The notes under the pieces were generated by a model. It was not told the DNA's origin. It did no database searches and worked only from the letters and a program-made list of their open reading frames with translations. DNA of 64,000 nucleotides from Mobula hypostoma (Eukaryota), in NCBI RefSeq assembly GCF_963921235.1, contig NC_086097.1:208322001-208386000 (forward strand), read 5' to 3'. The position numbers and the translations under genes are program-made. Positions 47,701-60,001 of the stretch are shown one piece after another; position 1 is the first letter of the stretch, and each line of letters begins with the position of its first letter.

Positions 47701-49023
47701 TCCCTAACAGGAGATCCAACACTGCCTCTTCTCTAGTTGGTACCTCTATGTATTGCTGCAGAAAACTATCCTGCACACATTTTACAAACTCCAAACCATC
47801 CAGTCCTTTTACAGTATGGGCTTCCCAGTCTATGTGTGGAAAATTAAAATCTCCCACAATCACAACTTTGTGCTGACTACAAACATCTGCTATCTCCTTA
47901 CAAATTTGCTCCTCCAATTCTCGCTCCCCATTTGCTGGTCTATAATACACTCCCATTAAGTGTTAGTACGCCTTTCCCATTCCTCAATTCCACCCAAATC
48001 GCCTCCCTAGACGAGCCCTCTAATCTATCCTGCCAGAGCACTGCTGTAATATTTTCTCTGACAAGCAGTGCAACACCTCCCCCTCTTGTCCCTCCGATTC
48101 TATCACACCTGAAGCAATTAAATCCAGGAATATTTAGTTGCCAATCACACCCCTCCTGTAACCATGTTTCACTAATAGCTACCACATCATACTTCCAGGT
48201 ATCAATCCATGTTTAAGCTCATCCACCTTTCTTATAATGCTCTTAGCATTAAAATAAATGCATTTAAGAAATTTTCCACCTGTTACTCTCTGTTTATCAC
48301 TAACGGTGCAAACAACTTTACTATTTTCTTTTTCTTCCTTCTTCCCTACATCTGTTCATACACTCTGGTTCCCCTCCCCCCTTGTATCTAGTTTAAATCC
48401 ACTGGAGCCTCTTTAGCAAACCTACCTGCAAGAATATTTGTTCTCCACCAGTTCAGATGTAAACCGTCCCGCCGGAACAGGTCCCACCTTCCCTGGAAAA
48501 CTACCCAATTATCTATAAATCTGAAGCCCTCCCTCCTGCACTATGTCTTCAGCCACGTGTTGATCTGCGCTATCTTACTATTTCTAAACCCGCCTGCATG
48601 TAGCACTGGTAGCAATCCTGAGATTGCTATCCTGGAGGTCCTGTCCTTTAACATGGTGCCTACCTCCATAAACTCACCTTTCAGGACCTCCTCACTCTTC
48701 CTACCCATGTCATTGGTCCGTCCCTACATGGACCATGACATCCAGCTGCTCACCCTCCCTCTTGAGAATACTGAGAACTCGATCTGAAATATCACGGACC
48801 TTGGCACCAGGAAGGCAACAGACCATCCGGGATTCTCGATCTCTTCCACAGAACCTCTTATCTGTCTCCCTATCACTACTGTTCTCCTCTTTTCCCTCCT
48901 TCCCTTCTGAGCTGAGGGTCCCGTCTCAGTGCCAGAGACTCAACCACTGCAACTTGTCCCTGGTAGGTCGTCCCCATCAACGGTATTCAAAACAATGTAC
49001 TTATTATTGGTGGGAACGGCCAT
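44743..49023 (-). mobile_element. CR1 LINE 'D' (ORF1 esterase part to 3' end, degenerate) inserted into the RTE
   Basis: TSD acagaat at 44736-44742 and 49024-49030; endonuclease and RT ORF pieces 44946-48185; ORF1 ends ..APVDLN* at 48388. Confidence 0.9.
46588..47281 (+). mobile_element. Young CR1 'C' copy, 5'-truncated with two internal deletions, inserted into CR1 'D'
   Basis: Near-identical to the reverse complement of 26605-27648 apart from the deletions; short TSD attc; host sequence is continuous across it. Confidence 0.93.
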
Positions 49024-50702
49024 ACAGAATGTATGGCGATATCCAAAAAGGAGAATTCTACATGCAAGCTGAGAATAAATGAGGAAGACATAAAACAAGT
49101 ACAGAACTTTTGCTACTTGGGAAGCTGGGTGACATCAGATGGCAGGTGCAACTTTGACATCAAAAGAAGAATAGGGATGGAAAAAGGCACCTTTACGAGA
49201 AGGAAGAGTATACTGACCAACACTAAACTAGGCATGACAACCCACCTCAGAGTACTGAAATGTTACATTTATCCAGTTATGTTATATGGCTCAGAATGTT
49301 GGACAATATCTAGTAACGTGAGGCAACGAATTGCAGCAGCAGAGATGTGGTTTTTGAGGAGGATGCAAAGATCATGGACAAAACAAATATCTAATGAGGA
49401 TGTCATGAACAGAGCAAACACAAAAACAGAATTAATGTATCAGATCATGAAAAGGCAACGTAACTTCATTGGACATGTGATTAGGAAAGGAGTTAGAATG
49501 CACGGTAATTATGGGAAAGATTGAAGGGAAGAAAGCAAGAGGAAGACAAAGACAAATGATGATGGGGACAGCAGCCAAAGAACTGGAAATGAATACCAAT
49601 AAATTGATCCACTTGACCTGAAATAGGAGTGTGTGGGCCATGGCAGTCAAAGCTCAAACTGGGCATGGCACCTGATGATGATGATGAAGAATCATGGGAA
49701 AATATCTGATCTAATACAAATCTTCCCCGTAGACCAGAGATGTTGTATAATTCCTTCAATAGTCTCCACTTTAGTAATAAATTCAATTTCAATTTTGTTT
49801 CAATACAATAGAAATTGTACCAGTAATTCTACTATTACAGAATATAATTCTGGTGTAAATCCCATTTTATTGTGCCTGACTGCCACGAGACCCACTGGTT
49901 TAAAATGCATATTGAAACAAAAAAAATTTTCAAGGGATTATGCAATTAAATACGTTGCTGTAGTCTTGTTTTAAATTGTGTAATAAACTTCAAGAGGAGT
50001 TGTAGGAACACATGTTTGTAAACAAATGCATGTTTCCCCAATAGGCCAGACAATAAAAAGACCTGTAAATAATTCTCTTTCCTTTCATTAATATGGAGGC
50101 CAAATCATGGAACTTCCTGGCATAAAGAGTCCACTATTTCCTCAAAGTACCACTTATGACAGCACCACTCAGTTCCTATGTCTAAATAAAAACAAAACTT
50201 CAAATGTCAGACAACTGTAACATAATTTTTTCATTTGTTGGTATTCCATCTTCCCACCAACCCAGCAGACATTAATAGAAGTAATATTACGAGCAGATGG
50301 TTTACTTGTAAGAAGGCTTATGTTTTATTTGCAATCATTTCACAGAATGCTTATTAAGCAAGGTAATGAGCAACTGCCATAAAAAATGTTTCAAAAGAAA
50401 AGAAACAACACTGAAAGACTTTTAAAACTTTAATGTCAAACTACATATAAAAAGAAATCTTACATACACTTAGATGCTGCCTGGTTGTATAATTGAAAAG
50501 TTTTTGTTTCAGTGAACTATTCTGCAAGGAAAATACAATAGAATGGTGTTAAGGAAACTAGATTTATACAAAAATGACATGGGGATGTATTGTTCTACAA
50601 ATATTCTTGAAGTTCTACCTTCTCATTTGTACAACTAATTAGAAACCAAAAAATCATTAACTGTTGGTCCAAGGAATTCTCTTCTGCTGCTTCTTCAGGA
50701 TC

Positions 50703-50711
50703 TCAACAGAA
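50703..50711 (-). CDS. TCEA2: TFIIS terminal coding exon (FC*)
   Basis: Minus-strand tttgcttttcacag|TTC TGT TGA completes the conserved C-terminus GNRWKFC. Candidate AATAAA signals on - at 50324-50329 and 49866-49871. Confidence 0.85.
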   Translation of the reverse strand, partial: FC

Positions 50712-51144
50712 CTGTGAAAAGCAAAGTAAAAATTAATCTGCTATAGCATATCATAAACAAGAATCAAGTTAGCCAACCATAGCCACAATACTGCGGACAC
50801 TAAAAATCAGAAATAACAACAGAAAATGCTGGTAATACTAATAGGTCCACTACCTCTCATCAGAACAAGGAAGTGTCAGAAATGAGCAAGTTAGGAAAAG
50901 CGACCAATGATTAATAATTTGGTGCTTGATCTGCTAAGTACTTCCAGCATTTTGTGTTTTAACCAATCATATTAACTATATCAATATTTGAATGCTGAGA
51001 TAACAATGTCTGAATAATAAAACGAACTAAAATACCAAACCTTGCAAGGAATATCTAGCCAAACTCGAAATTCAGATTTATATAATGTTATGTACATTTA
51101 TCCCTGATTCTGCAGAATACTCCTCCCAGACTAATACTTCACAT

Positions 51145-51460
51145 TAATACAGCACAGAAAAAGGGTCCTTGGACAATCAAGTCCATGCCAACAGTCAACC
51201 ACTCGCTTACACTAATCCTACATTAATCCCATTCTTTGTCTCTCTACGCATCCATCAACTAACCTAGATACTGCCGCTCACTTATATACTAGAGACAATC
51301 TACAACAGCCAATTAACCCTTTATTCCACATATTTTAAGGATATATAAGCAAACTGGAGCACCCAAATAAAATTGTAGACTGAGGGAGAGAATGTAAACT
51401 CCACACAGATTTCCAGCACTGAATCAGTGGTTCTACTTGCTGCACCACTGTCCTATCTGG
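51145..51460 (-). mobile_element. Degenerate V-SINE
   Basis: Minus strand reads ctgtgtggagtttacattctctccc..gggtgctccagttt, with a CR1-like tail. Confidence 0.6.
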
Positions 51461-51557
51461 TATATGAAGATCACAGGGTGTGAGAATTGTTGGGGGGGGG
51501 GGTGGTTGGAGTCAATTGGTTCACTCTTGGAGAACCCAAAAAAAAAGTTAAATTTCT

Positions 51558-51680
51558 GTCTCGGCCCAAAACATTGACAGTACTCTTTTCCGTAGATGCT
51601 GCCTGGCCTGCTGAGTTCCTCTAGCATTGTGAGTGTGTGTTGCTTGGATTTCCAGCATCCGCAGATTTTCTCGTTTCTTT
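51558..51680 (+). mobile_element. Penelope-like terminal repeat fragment
   Basis: gtctcggcccaaaacattgac..gatgctgcctggcctgctgagttcc..ttccagcatccgcaga. Confidence 0.75.
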
Positions 51681-53126
51681 AGATATATCTAATTCAGTGG
51701 CAGACGCAGATTTTTATTTTTGTTTTACAGTTCTCAAATATAGTAGGTCACATGGAAGCTCACAAACTGTTTGGTCGCTCAAAGGGAGACGGGGAGGAAT
51801 ATGGAAAAACTGATTGTGGGTCAGGTATCTGAAAAGCAGAAAAAACTGAAAAATATGGGGAGGCAGCGGAGGGAGCTATTGGGTGAGTGGAGGAGCATGA
51901 TAACAATTTGGAAAGAAAGGTGAAGGGGAGATGAGAAAGAACAGTCGGGAAGCATCTTTGCCTTTAAATCTTTATGTCTCAAAGATCCTTAACACAAAAG
52001 ATTCAAATTGGCTGAAGGTACCCTATTGAGGAAGAACTGCTATCTCTTGGATGTCATAAACCCATTTGCCATTTCAAGTTGTCATAAGATCAGCAGTCAA
52101 GGGTATAATGAAAATGAAGAACATGGAAATACTTAATGTTCATAAAGAATCCTTGGGTTGACAGGGAAAATAAATTGGCAATGATTGAATGACAGCAAAT
52201 ATGTGATGGGCCAAATGGCCTACATCTGCTCCTATGTCTGCACCTTAAAGTCTAAGCCCTGGAAAAATTAATGGGGTTAAAAGCTGATAATTTGCCTGTA
52301 TTTTGAAAGTCCATGCTCTAGCTTCTAAATGAGGTGGATGCAGTGATCGCATATGTTCTGGTAGTAAACTTTCAGGTATTATTGGAAAGCAGCAAATATA
52401 TTTCTGGTATTCAGGAAAGAAGAAAATAGAAAAATAGAGACAAATAGTTTCACATTGGTTAACAAGAAAAGAACAAGCATCTGCCATCAGATTTCTGAAT
52501 TAACATTGAACCCATGTACAATACCTCACCATTTTTCCTCTTCTTTGCACTATTTATATATATATTTATAATTTATAGCTTTTAAAATTATTACACTGTA
52601 CGGCTGCCACAAAACAACATTTCATCACATATCCCAGTGATATTAAACCTGATTCTGAATCTGAAAGTGATAGAAAGAAAATCTTGTAAAAAGATATAAA
52701 CAAAGTGTGCCAACATACATCTCCATCAACATTTCTGAAATGAATTGTCATACTGCTGTTTACAAGAACTTTTTTAACTGCATTTTGAAGTACTTCTGTA
52801 AGGTTGGTGAAAGACACTACACAAACAGAACTAGTTCATTATCTTCCTGGATTAGAGACGGAGCTTTGGAAAGGCCAGGATGACACAATGGAATTCCATG
52901 TGGGAAATTGGTTGCCTGCATATTTGTTATAATTGAAATGGGTTTATTCAGGATGAAGAGAGTTTGGGTTGAAGATTTTTAACACTTTAAACTTCCTAGC
53001 TAAACATACTGGTTTAACATCCTAATTTCTGTTTCATCAACTCTGTAATTACAAACTTAATGCAGCTATACTTGTTGCCAAATTACAAAAGCACTTTTCA
53101 TGATGTATCTAATAGCCTGTAGAATA

Positions 53127-53631
53127 CACTCAATGGCCAGTTTATTAGGCACAGGCTGTACCCATCCACTTCAAGGTTCCATGTGCTATGTGTTTTGAGA
53201 TGCTCCTGCACTCAACTGTTATGTGTTTTTCTTGAGCTGCTGTCACTTTCCTATCAGCTTGAACTAGTCCAGCCATTCTCCTCTGACCTCTCTCATTAAC
53301 AAGGCATTTTTGTCTACTGAATTGCCGCTCACTAGATTTTTTTTTTCGGTTTTTCACACCATTCTCTGTAAAGTCCAGAGACAGTTGTGTGTGAAAATCC
53401 TAGAAGACTGGCAGTTTCTCAGATACTCTGGCACCAACAGAGATGCCACAGTCAAAGTCACTTAAGATCACATTTTTCCCCACTTTGTTGTATGGTCTGA
53501 ACAATTACAGAACCTTTTGAACATGCCTGCATATTTTTACATATTGAGTTGCTACCACATGATTGGCTGAATAGATTTTTGCATTAATGCACATGTGCAC
53601 AGGTGTGCGTTAATAAAGTGGCCACTGAGTG
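53127..53631 (-). mobile_element. Tc1-derived non-autonomous element (MITE)
   Basis: TA flanks; TIRs cactcaatggccagtttatta and cactcagtggccactttatta (rc); transposase N-terminal remnant in ORF 53145-53357. Confidence 0.85.
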
Positions 53632-53698
53632 TATATACAAGTTATTTTTTACATTCAAGGTACTCAGCTATTGTTCAAATTTACATACTTCAAACTCA

Positions 53699-53788
<90 letters not shown>

Positions 53789-54519
53789 CTAAGAGAACAT
53801 GTTAAAGTTGCATTAGCTATTTCCTCTATAGAACATTAGCCAGGAAATTGATAGGTGACAAGAAATTCATAAAATATATAAAAACTAATTTTAAAAGCTA
53901 CTACATGGAAATTGAGAGCAATGAAAGCAGAAATAGAGACTAGAGATAATAGTTGTTTGCTGATGACAAATGCATAGTCACTGCTAACTAGCACTGGATT
54001 ACAGTTTAAATTGTTATTTTTCTTGTCATTTATACTTCATTAAGATTGCTTATATTTTTGTAATAATCACATGTTTGTAAGTATTCAGTAGATTATTTTA
54101 ATAATCTGCAGTAGAGTTGGTTTGGTACTTCTGTAGTTTCTTTAAGCCTGTAAGCCTGGGATGTCATAACAGCATAAATCAAAGGTGTCCTTGTTACCTC
54201 ATAGGCTGTCCCTTATTTACCCAGCTTGAAAAGTTTTCAGTATAAAGACTGCCCATGAGGCAAGTTTTTTTTTCCTTTTTCTTTTCTCCCCAATTACAGT
54301 ACTGCGAGTTGGTTACAGCTATTCACCTGTGTTACTGTTATTTTTTTGTTATGAACATCAAATAAAATAGTTGTAACCACCAAGATTTGCGTCTCATTCT
54401 TGGCTTCCGAAGAACATTCTGGAAAATATTATCTCCAGATCCAACACTGCTAACCAGACAATTACAGTCAGTGGGGACAGAGCCATGCCTTCGAAATTCT
54501 TATCAGTAGAAATACATAA

Positions 54520-54797
54520 TGTACTGGGTGGGCAAAGGAGTACATTCAGCCAGAGACTCATCCCACCGAGATGCAACACAGAGCGTCATAGGAAGTCATT
54601 CCTGCCTGTGGCCATCAAACTTTACAACTCCTCCCTTGGAGGGTCAGACACCCTGAGCTAATAGGCTGGTCCTGGACTTACTGCATAATTTACATATTAC
54701 TATTTAACTATTTATGGCTCTATTATTATTTATTATTTATGGTGCAACTGTAATGAAAACAAATTTCCCCCGGGATCAATAAAGTATGACTATGACT
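54520..54797 (+). mobile_element. Rex1-like LINE 3' end (same family as 41997-42717)
   Basis: Closely matches 42433-42717; 10-bp TSD aaatacataa at 54510-54519 and 54798-54807. Confidence 0.88.
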
Positions 54798-55437
54798 AAA
54801 TACATAAGCATGTTTCTAACATGTATGGAGCAAGCGACGTGGAATTCAGTTTCACCAGAGGATTTTGATGAGTGGGGAAATTCAGTGCAGTGAAGGGAGA
54901 AGTGCTGTTTTGCTACTTTATTTCTGCTTTAAGGGTTATCCAATAAACACAGGCAGGGCAGAACATCTCAAACCTGTGAAATGTACTTCTGGTGACATTT
55001 TGTCCTATGTCCTGGGTAACTACAGCCAAAGGTACATATGATGCTGTCACCTGGAAGAGGGTCGACAAGCCTTCAAATTATTTTCCATTAATCACCTATC
55101 CATATTTGGAGAGCTATGGGATTGGACAGGATTGCTTTATCACGAGCAGATATAACCTTCTATGTGTCATAGTGACTATTATTTTATAAATGAGCCTTCA
55201 AGAAAACACAGTCAACATCTGAACTTTCTAAGATTCAAATTGCAAATTGGGTATTTAAATATCACATAAGATAATTATATCATGTAAGATAATGATATAA
55301 TTCTGCAAGTTAACTTCAATTGAAAACCTTGTAGGGTATCTGGAAAGTTGTGGGATATAGAAAACAGTTCACAAATATGTGAGGCTAACTCTTTTTAAAA
55401 AAAAATTTAAAATTTTCCTTTCCATTAGCAATTCTTA

Positions 55438-55614
<177 letters not shown>

Positions 55615-55625
55615 TCAAAGCAATG

Positions 55626-56197
55626 AGTTATTAAGAAGGTAAAAGGAATGTTGGCCTTCATTGCTACAGGGATTGAATTCAAGAGAAGGGAGGTCATGCT
55701 GCAACTATACAGGGTACTGGTGAGGTTGCACCTGGAGTACTGTGTGCAGTTCTGGTCTCCATACTTGAGGAAGTATATACAGGCAGTGCAGAGGAGGTTC
55801 ACCAGGTCGATTCCAGGGATGAAGGGGTTAACCTATGAGGAGAGATTGAATCGCCTGGGACTATACTCTCTGGAGTTCAGAAGAATGAGAGGGGATCTTA
55901 TAGAAACATACAAAATTTTGAAAGGGATAGATAAGATAGAAGTTGGAAAGTTGTTTCCATTGGTAGGTGAGACCGGAACTAGGGTACATTGCCTCAAGAT
56001 TCAGGGGAGAAGATTTAGGTCAGAGATGAGGAGAAACTGTTTTTCCCAGAGAGTTGGTGAATCTGTGAATTATGAGGAAAAGGCAGGTAGATGGAGCTGA
56101 GTTTATGGACAGATCAGCTATGATCTTATCGAATGGCTGGGCAGGCTAGATGGGCCGGATGGCCTACTCCTGCTCCTATTTCTTACGTTCTTATGTA
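55626..56197 (+). mobile_element. CR1 3' fragment next to a TFIIS splice acceptor
   Basis: ORF 55648-56100 (LEYCVQFWSP); TTCTTATG-type tail; aaagcaat present on both sides as TSD. Confidence 0.88.
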
Positions 56198-56543
56198 AAG
56201 CAATCAAATCAGAAAAGGATCTCCAAAAGAGATGGCAATTCAGCAGATGAACTACTCAAAAGATCACTATTGGTCAAAAAATTATCTACAAATTAAATAC
56301 AAATCAGACTGAAAGCAGACAAATTAGGATTTGGATAGCACTTGCCACTTCAGGACATCTTCAAATGCTTACTGCCAATGAAAATACCTCAACTGGAATT
56401 ACTGTTGCAAACTACAGCCAAATACAGCAGCTAAATTAAATAGAATGAGAATCAGACTCATTATCACTGACTTATATTATGTGAAATGTGTTATTTTGTT
56501 GCAATAGTACAGTGCAAAGACATCAGATTACAAATAAACAATG

Positions 56544-58160
56544 CAAGATGGCGCTGATAAAAGAACACCCTGCTTGAGGCTCTGATGGGAATCATCAAAT
56601 ATTCATACTTGGGACTACTGCAGCTGAAATCCACAGACACAGTGATTGATACTTTAGTGTGCAACATTGTTTTAAGATGAATAAAAAATCTCGATATTCA
56701 AATCTAGCGATATTGGCAGATGCCAGTCTGTAGTCTCAGACTGCGAGTACAGTTCCCCTTTAAGAAAACACAGGCAGGGAAGGTGTGCTGCACTACAGGT
56801 ACAACTGACACAAAGAGGCTTTAGACCCCCCCCCCCCCGCCCCCACTCCTGACTATCCTGCTGCCACATGTACTGTCTTGGAAAAAGATTGTTGTATAAA
56901 AGGGGACATCAGAGACTGCTGTGTACTCTGTTTCATGGAAATATTGCTCAGCCCTGCCATTTTGGATGCAGCTCTGCAGCCTGATGGCTTCACCATTCTC
57001 CACAAACACAGGAGAGCTCAGTCTTTTAAAGGTAGAGGAGGTGTAGTATGCTTTATGATTAACTCATCATGGTGCTCAGACATGGCAGTTCTGTCTCAGT
57101 AATGCTTACCCAACCTGGAACATCAAGCAATCAAACGTTGTCCTTTTTATCTGTCAAAGCAGTTTTCCCCAACATCCTGGTAGTGGAGCACATTCCACAT
57201 CAGGCAGGCACTGGAGGAGCTGCACATTGTAATCAGCAGGCACAAAATAGCCTTCATTATCACTGCCAAAATCAACTCCTGCCTAAGCAAGGACTTGGAC
57301 CTGGTGTAATTTGCCTATCGCCACAATAGGTCTTCAGCAGATGCAATCTCACCTGCTCTCCACTCGGCCTTGGACAGCAATACTTCTATCAGGTTACTGT
57401 TTCTTTCTTACAGCTTAGCATTCAACACAATTAACAAACTTCAAAATCTGGGCCTCTACCTGCCTCTGCAACTAGATCCTTGACTTCCTTACCAGGAGAC
57501 CACAGTCACTGCAGTTTGGAAATAAAAACAGCTCCTTCTCACTGACAATCAACACCGGTGCCCCTGAAGGCTGCGTGGTTAGCTACTGCTCTACGCTCTC
57601 AACACCCACAACTGTATTGCTAGGCACAGCTCAAACACCATCTATAAGTTTGCCAATGATACAACTATTGTTGGCAGAATTTCAGATGGAATGACAAGGT
57701 GTACAGCAGCAAGATAGATCAAAAAGGCTGGTTGAGTGATGTCACAACAGCCTTACACTCAAGTCAGTAAGACCAACATTCAAAGTACATTTTATTAACA
57801 AGTATGTATATTTCATACAACTTTGAGACCCATCTCCTTACAGGAAGCCGCGAAATAACGAACCCCAACAGAACCCATTAAAAACAAAAGAAGACCACCC
57901 AAACACCCAGTGTGCAGAGAGAAAAAAAAACAAATTGTGCAAACAATAAAAGCAAGTAAACAGCATTCAGAACTGAAGTTCACAATGCCAGGCATCGCAG
58001 CAGCTCATCTATGCTGAACCCAATATACTGATGAATTACAAAGAAGGCATGACAGCAGCTATACTTCATAAAAGAGTTTGAGGAGACTTGGTATTTCATC
58101 AAAGACTCTTACCAATATCTGTACCATGGAGAGCATTCTAACTGGTTGCATCACTCTCTA
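56544..58160 (+). mobile_element. Degenerate Rex1/L2-like LINE with deletions, interrupted at about 57777-58000
   Basis: Endonuclease-like RDCCVLCFME..GGVVCFMINSSWC; RT-like TGAPEGCVV and YKFANDTT remnants. Confidence 0.65.
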
Positions 58161-58659
58161 ATTTTTGCTCAGCCATTAGAGAGAAGAATCTCTCTGTAAC
58201 CTAACTGCAATCTTAAGTCTTTATTAGATCATTTCTTACCTTCTGTTCCAAGAAGAACTGTGCTAACTCTTCCAAATTTTGCTCATGATGGAAGTCACTT
58301 TCTCACTGCAATAACATACCAGTAAACTCTCCTATGCACTATACAGTATATATATTTTTGATTATAAACCCAGTAAGTTTTATATCATTTTTAAAGGAAA
58401 CTATCACATCAGTTTGCTGAGATACCTTTAAAGTTTTGTGATATAAACATCATAATCTCTCTGCTTTCAAAGTTAGATTATTCTGAATTAGATCCTTTCA
58501 AAATTACGCCATTTTGTATTAGATCACCAAAAGTGGATTCGTTTTACTTTTCTGTATTGACTTCCATTTGTCATGCTTTTGTCCATTTCACCATTCTAAG
58601 TCATCACGTTTTCACCATCATTATTCTAGCAGCTGACCTCAGGCAGTTTAGCTTGATGC

Positions 58660-59772
58660 TTAGGCTTATTGAGAAAGTAAGGAGGCATTGCTTTGTGGAT
58701 CCAGAACTGGCTTGCCCATAGAAGGCAAAGAGTGGTTGTAGATGGGTCATATTCTGCATGGAGGTCGGTCACCAGTGGTGTGCCTCAGGGATCTGTTCTG
58801 GGACCCCTTCTCTCCGTGATTTTTATAAATGACCTGGATGAGGAAGTGGAGGGATGGGTTAATAAATTTACTGATGACACAAAGGTTGGGGGTGTTGTGG
58901 ATAGTGTGGAGGGCTATCAGAGGTTACAGTGGGACAGTGATAGGATGCATAGCTGGGCTGAAAAGTGGCAGATGGAGTTCAACCTAGATAAGTGTGAGGT
59001 GGTTCATTTTGGTAGGTCAAATATGATGGCAGAATATAGTATTAATGGGAAGACTCTTGGCAGTGTGGAGGATCAGAGGGATCTTGGGGTCCAAGTCCAT
59101 ACGACACTCAAAGCTGCTGCACAGGTTGACTCTGTGATTAAGAAACCATACGGTGCATTGGCCTTCATCAATCGTGGGTTTGAGTTCAGCAGCCAAGAGG
59201 TAATGTTGCAGTTATATAGTACCCTGGTCAGACCCCACTTGGAGTACTATGCTCAGTTCTGGTCACCTCACTACAGGAAGGATGTGGAAACCAGAGGATG
59301 TGGTGCAGAGGAGATTTACAAGGATGTTGCCTGGACTGGGGAGTATGCCTTATGAGAATAGATTGAGTGAACTTGGCCTTTTCTCCTTGGAGTGACGGAG
59401 GATGAGAGGTGACCTGATAGAAGTGTATAAGATGATGAGAGGCACTGATCATACTGATAGTCAGAGGCTTTTTACCAGGGCTGAAATGGCTATCATGAGA
59501 GGGCACAGTTTTAAGGTGCTTGGAAGTAGGTACAGAGGAGATGTCAGGGATAAGTTTTTTTTATGCAGAGATTGGTGAGTGCATGGAATGGGCTGCCAGC
59601 GACGGTGGTGGAGGCGGATACAATAGGGTCTTTTTAAGAGACTCCTGGACAGGTACATGGACCTCGGAAAAATAGAGGGCTATGGGTAACCCTAGGTAAT
59701 TTCTAAGGACATGTTCGGCACAGCTTTGTGGGCCGAAGGGCCTGTATTGTGCTGTAGGTTTTTCTATGTTTC
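58660..59772 (+). mobile_element. CR1 3' fragment (family of 521-1263)
   Basis: ORF 58693-59355 RT C-terminal half; tail ttctatgtttc. Confidence 0.9.
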
Positions 59773-60001
59773 AATCTACCAAACCACAAAATTCCATTTG
59801 CCACCATCTTTTGCATGTGTCATGAGTCAAGTTTATATCTACCCAATTATATTCCCTGAATTCATGGATTTCTATCTTCTTAACAAGCTGGATATGTTGC
59901 ATCTTGGTAACTGTTTTTGCGAGCCCTACAAAAAATATATATACTGGTAAAATACGACCATAAGATATAGGAGCAGAATTAGGCCCTTCAGCCCAAAGAA
60001 T

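Larger units (their letters stand above)
44159..49689 (+). mobile_element. RTE-clade LINE, 5'-truncated (own sequence 44159-44742 and 49031-49689), host of nested CR1s
   Basis: QCGF..IDYTKAFDKV..VRQGC, RYADD; INCKKTE|CMAISK is continuous across the insertion. (TGA)n tail; 12-bp TSD aatcatgggaaa at 44147-44158 and 49690-49701. Confidence 0.9.
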
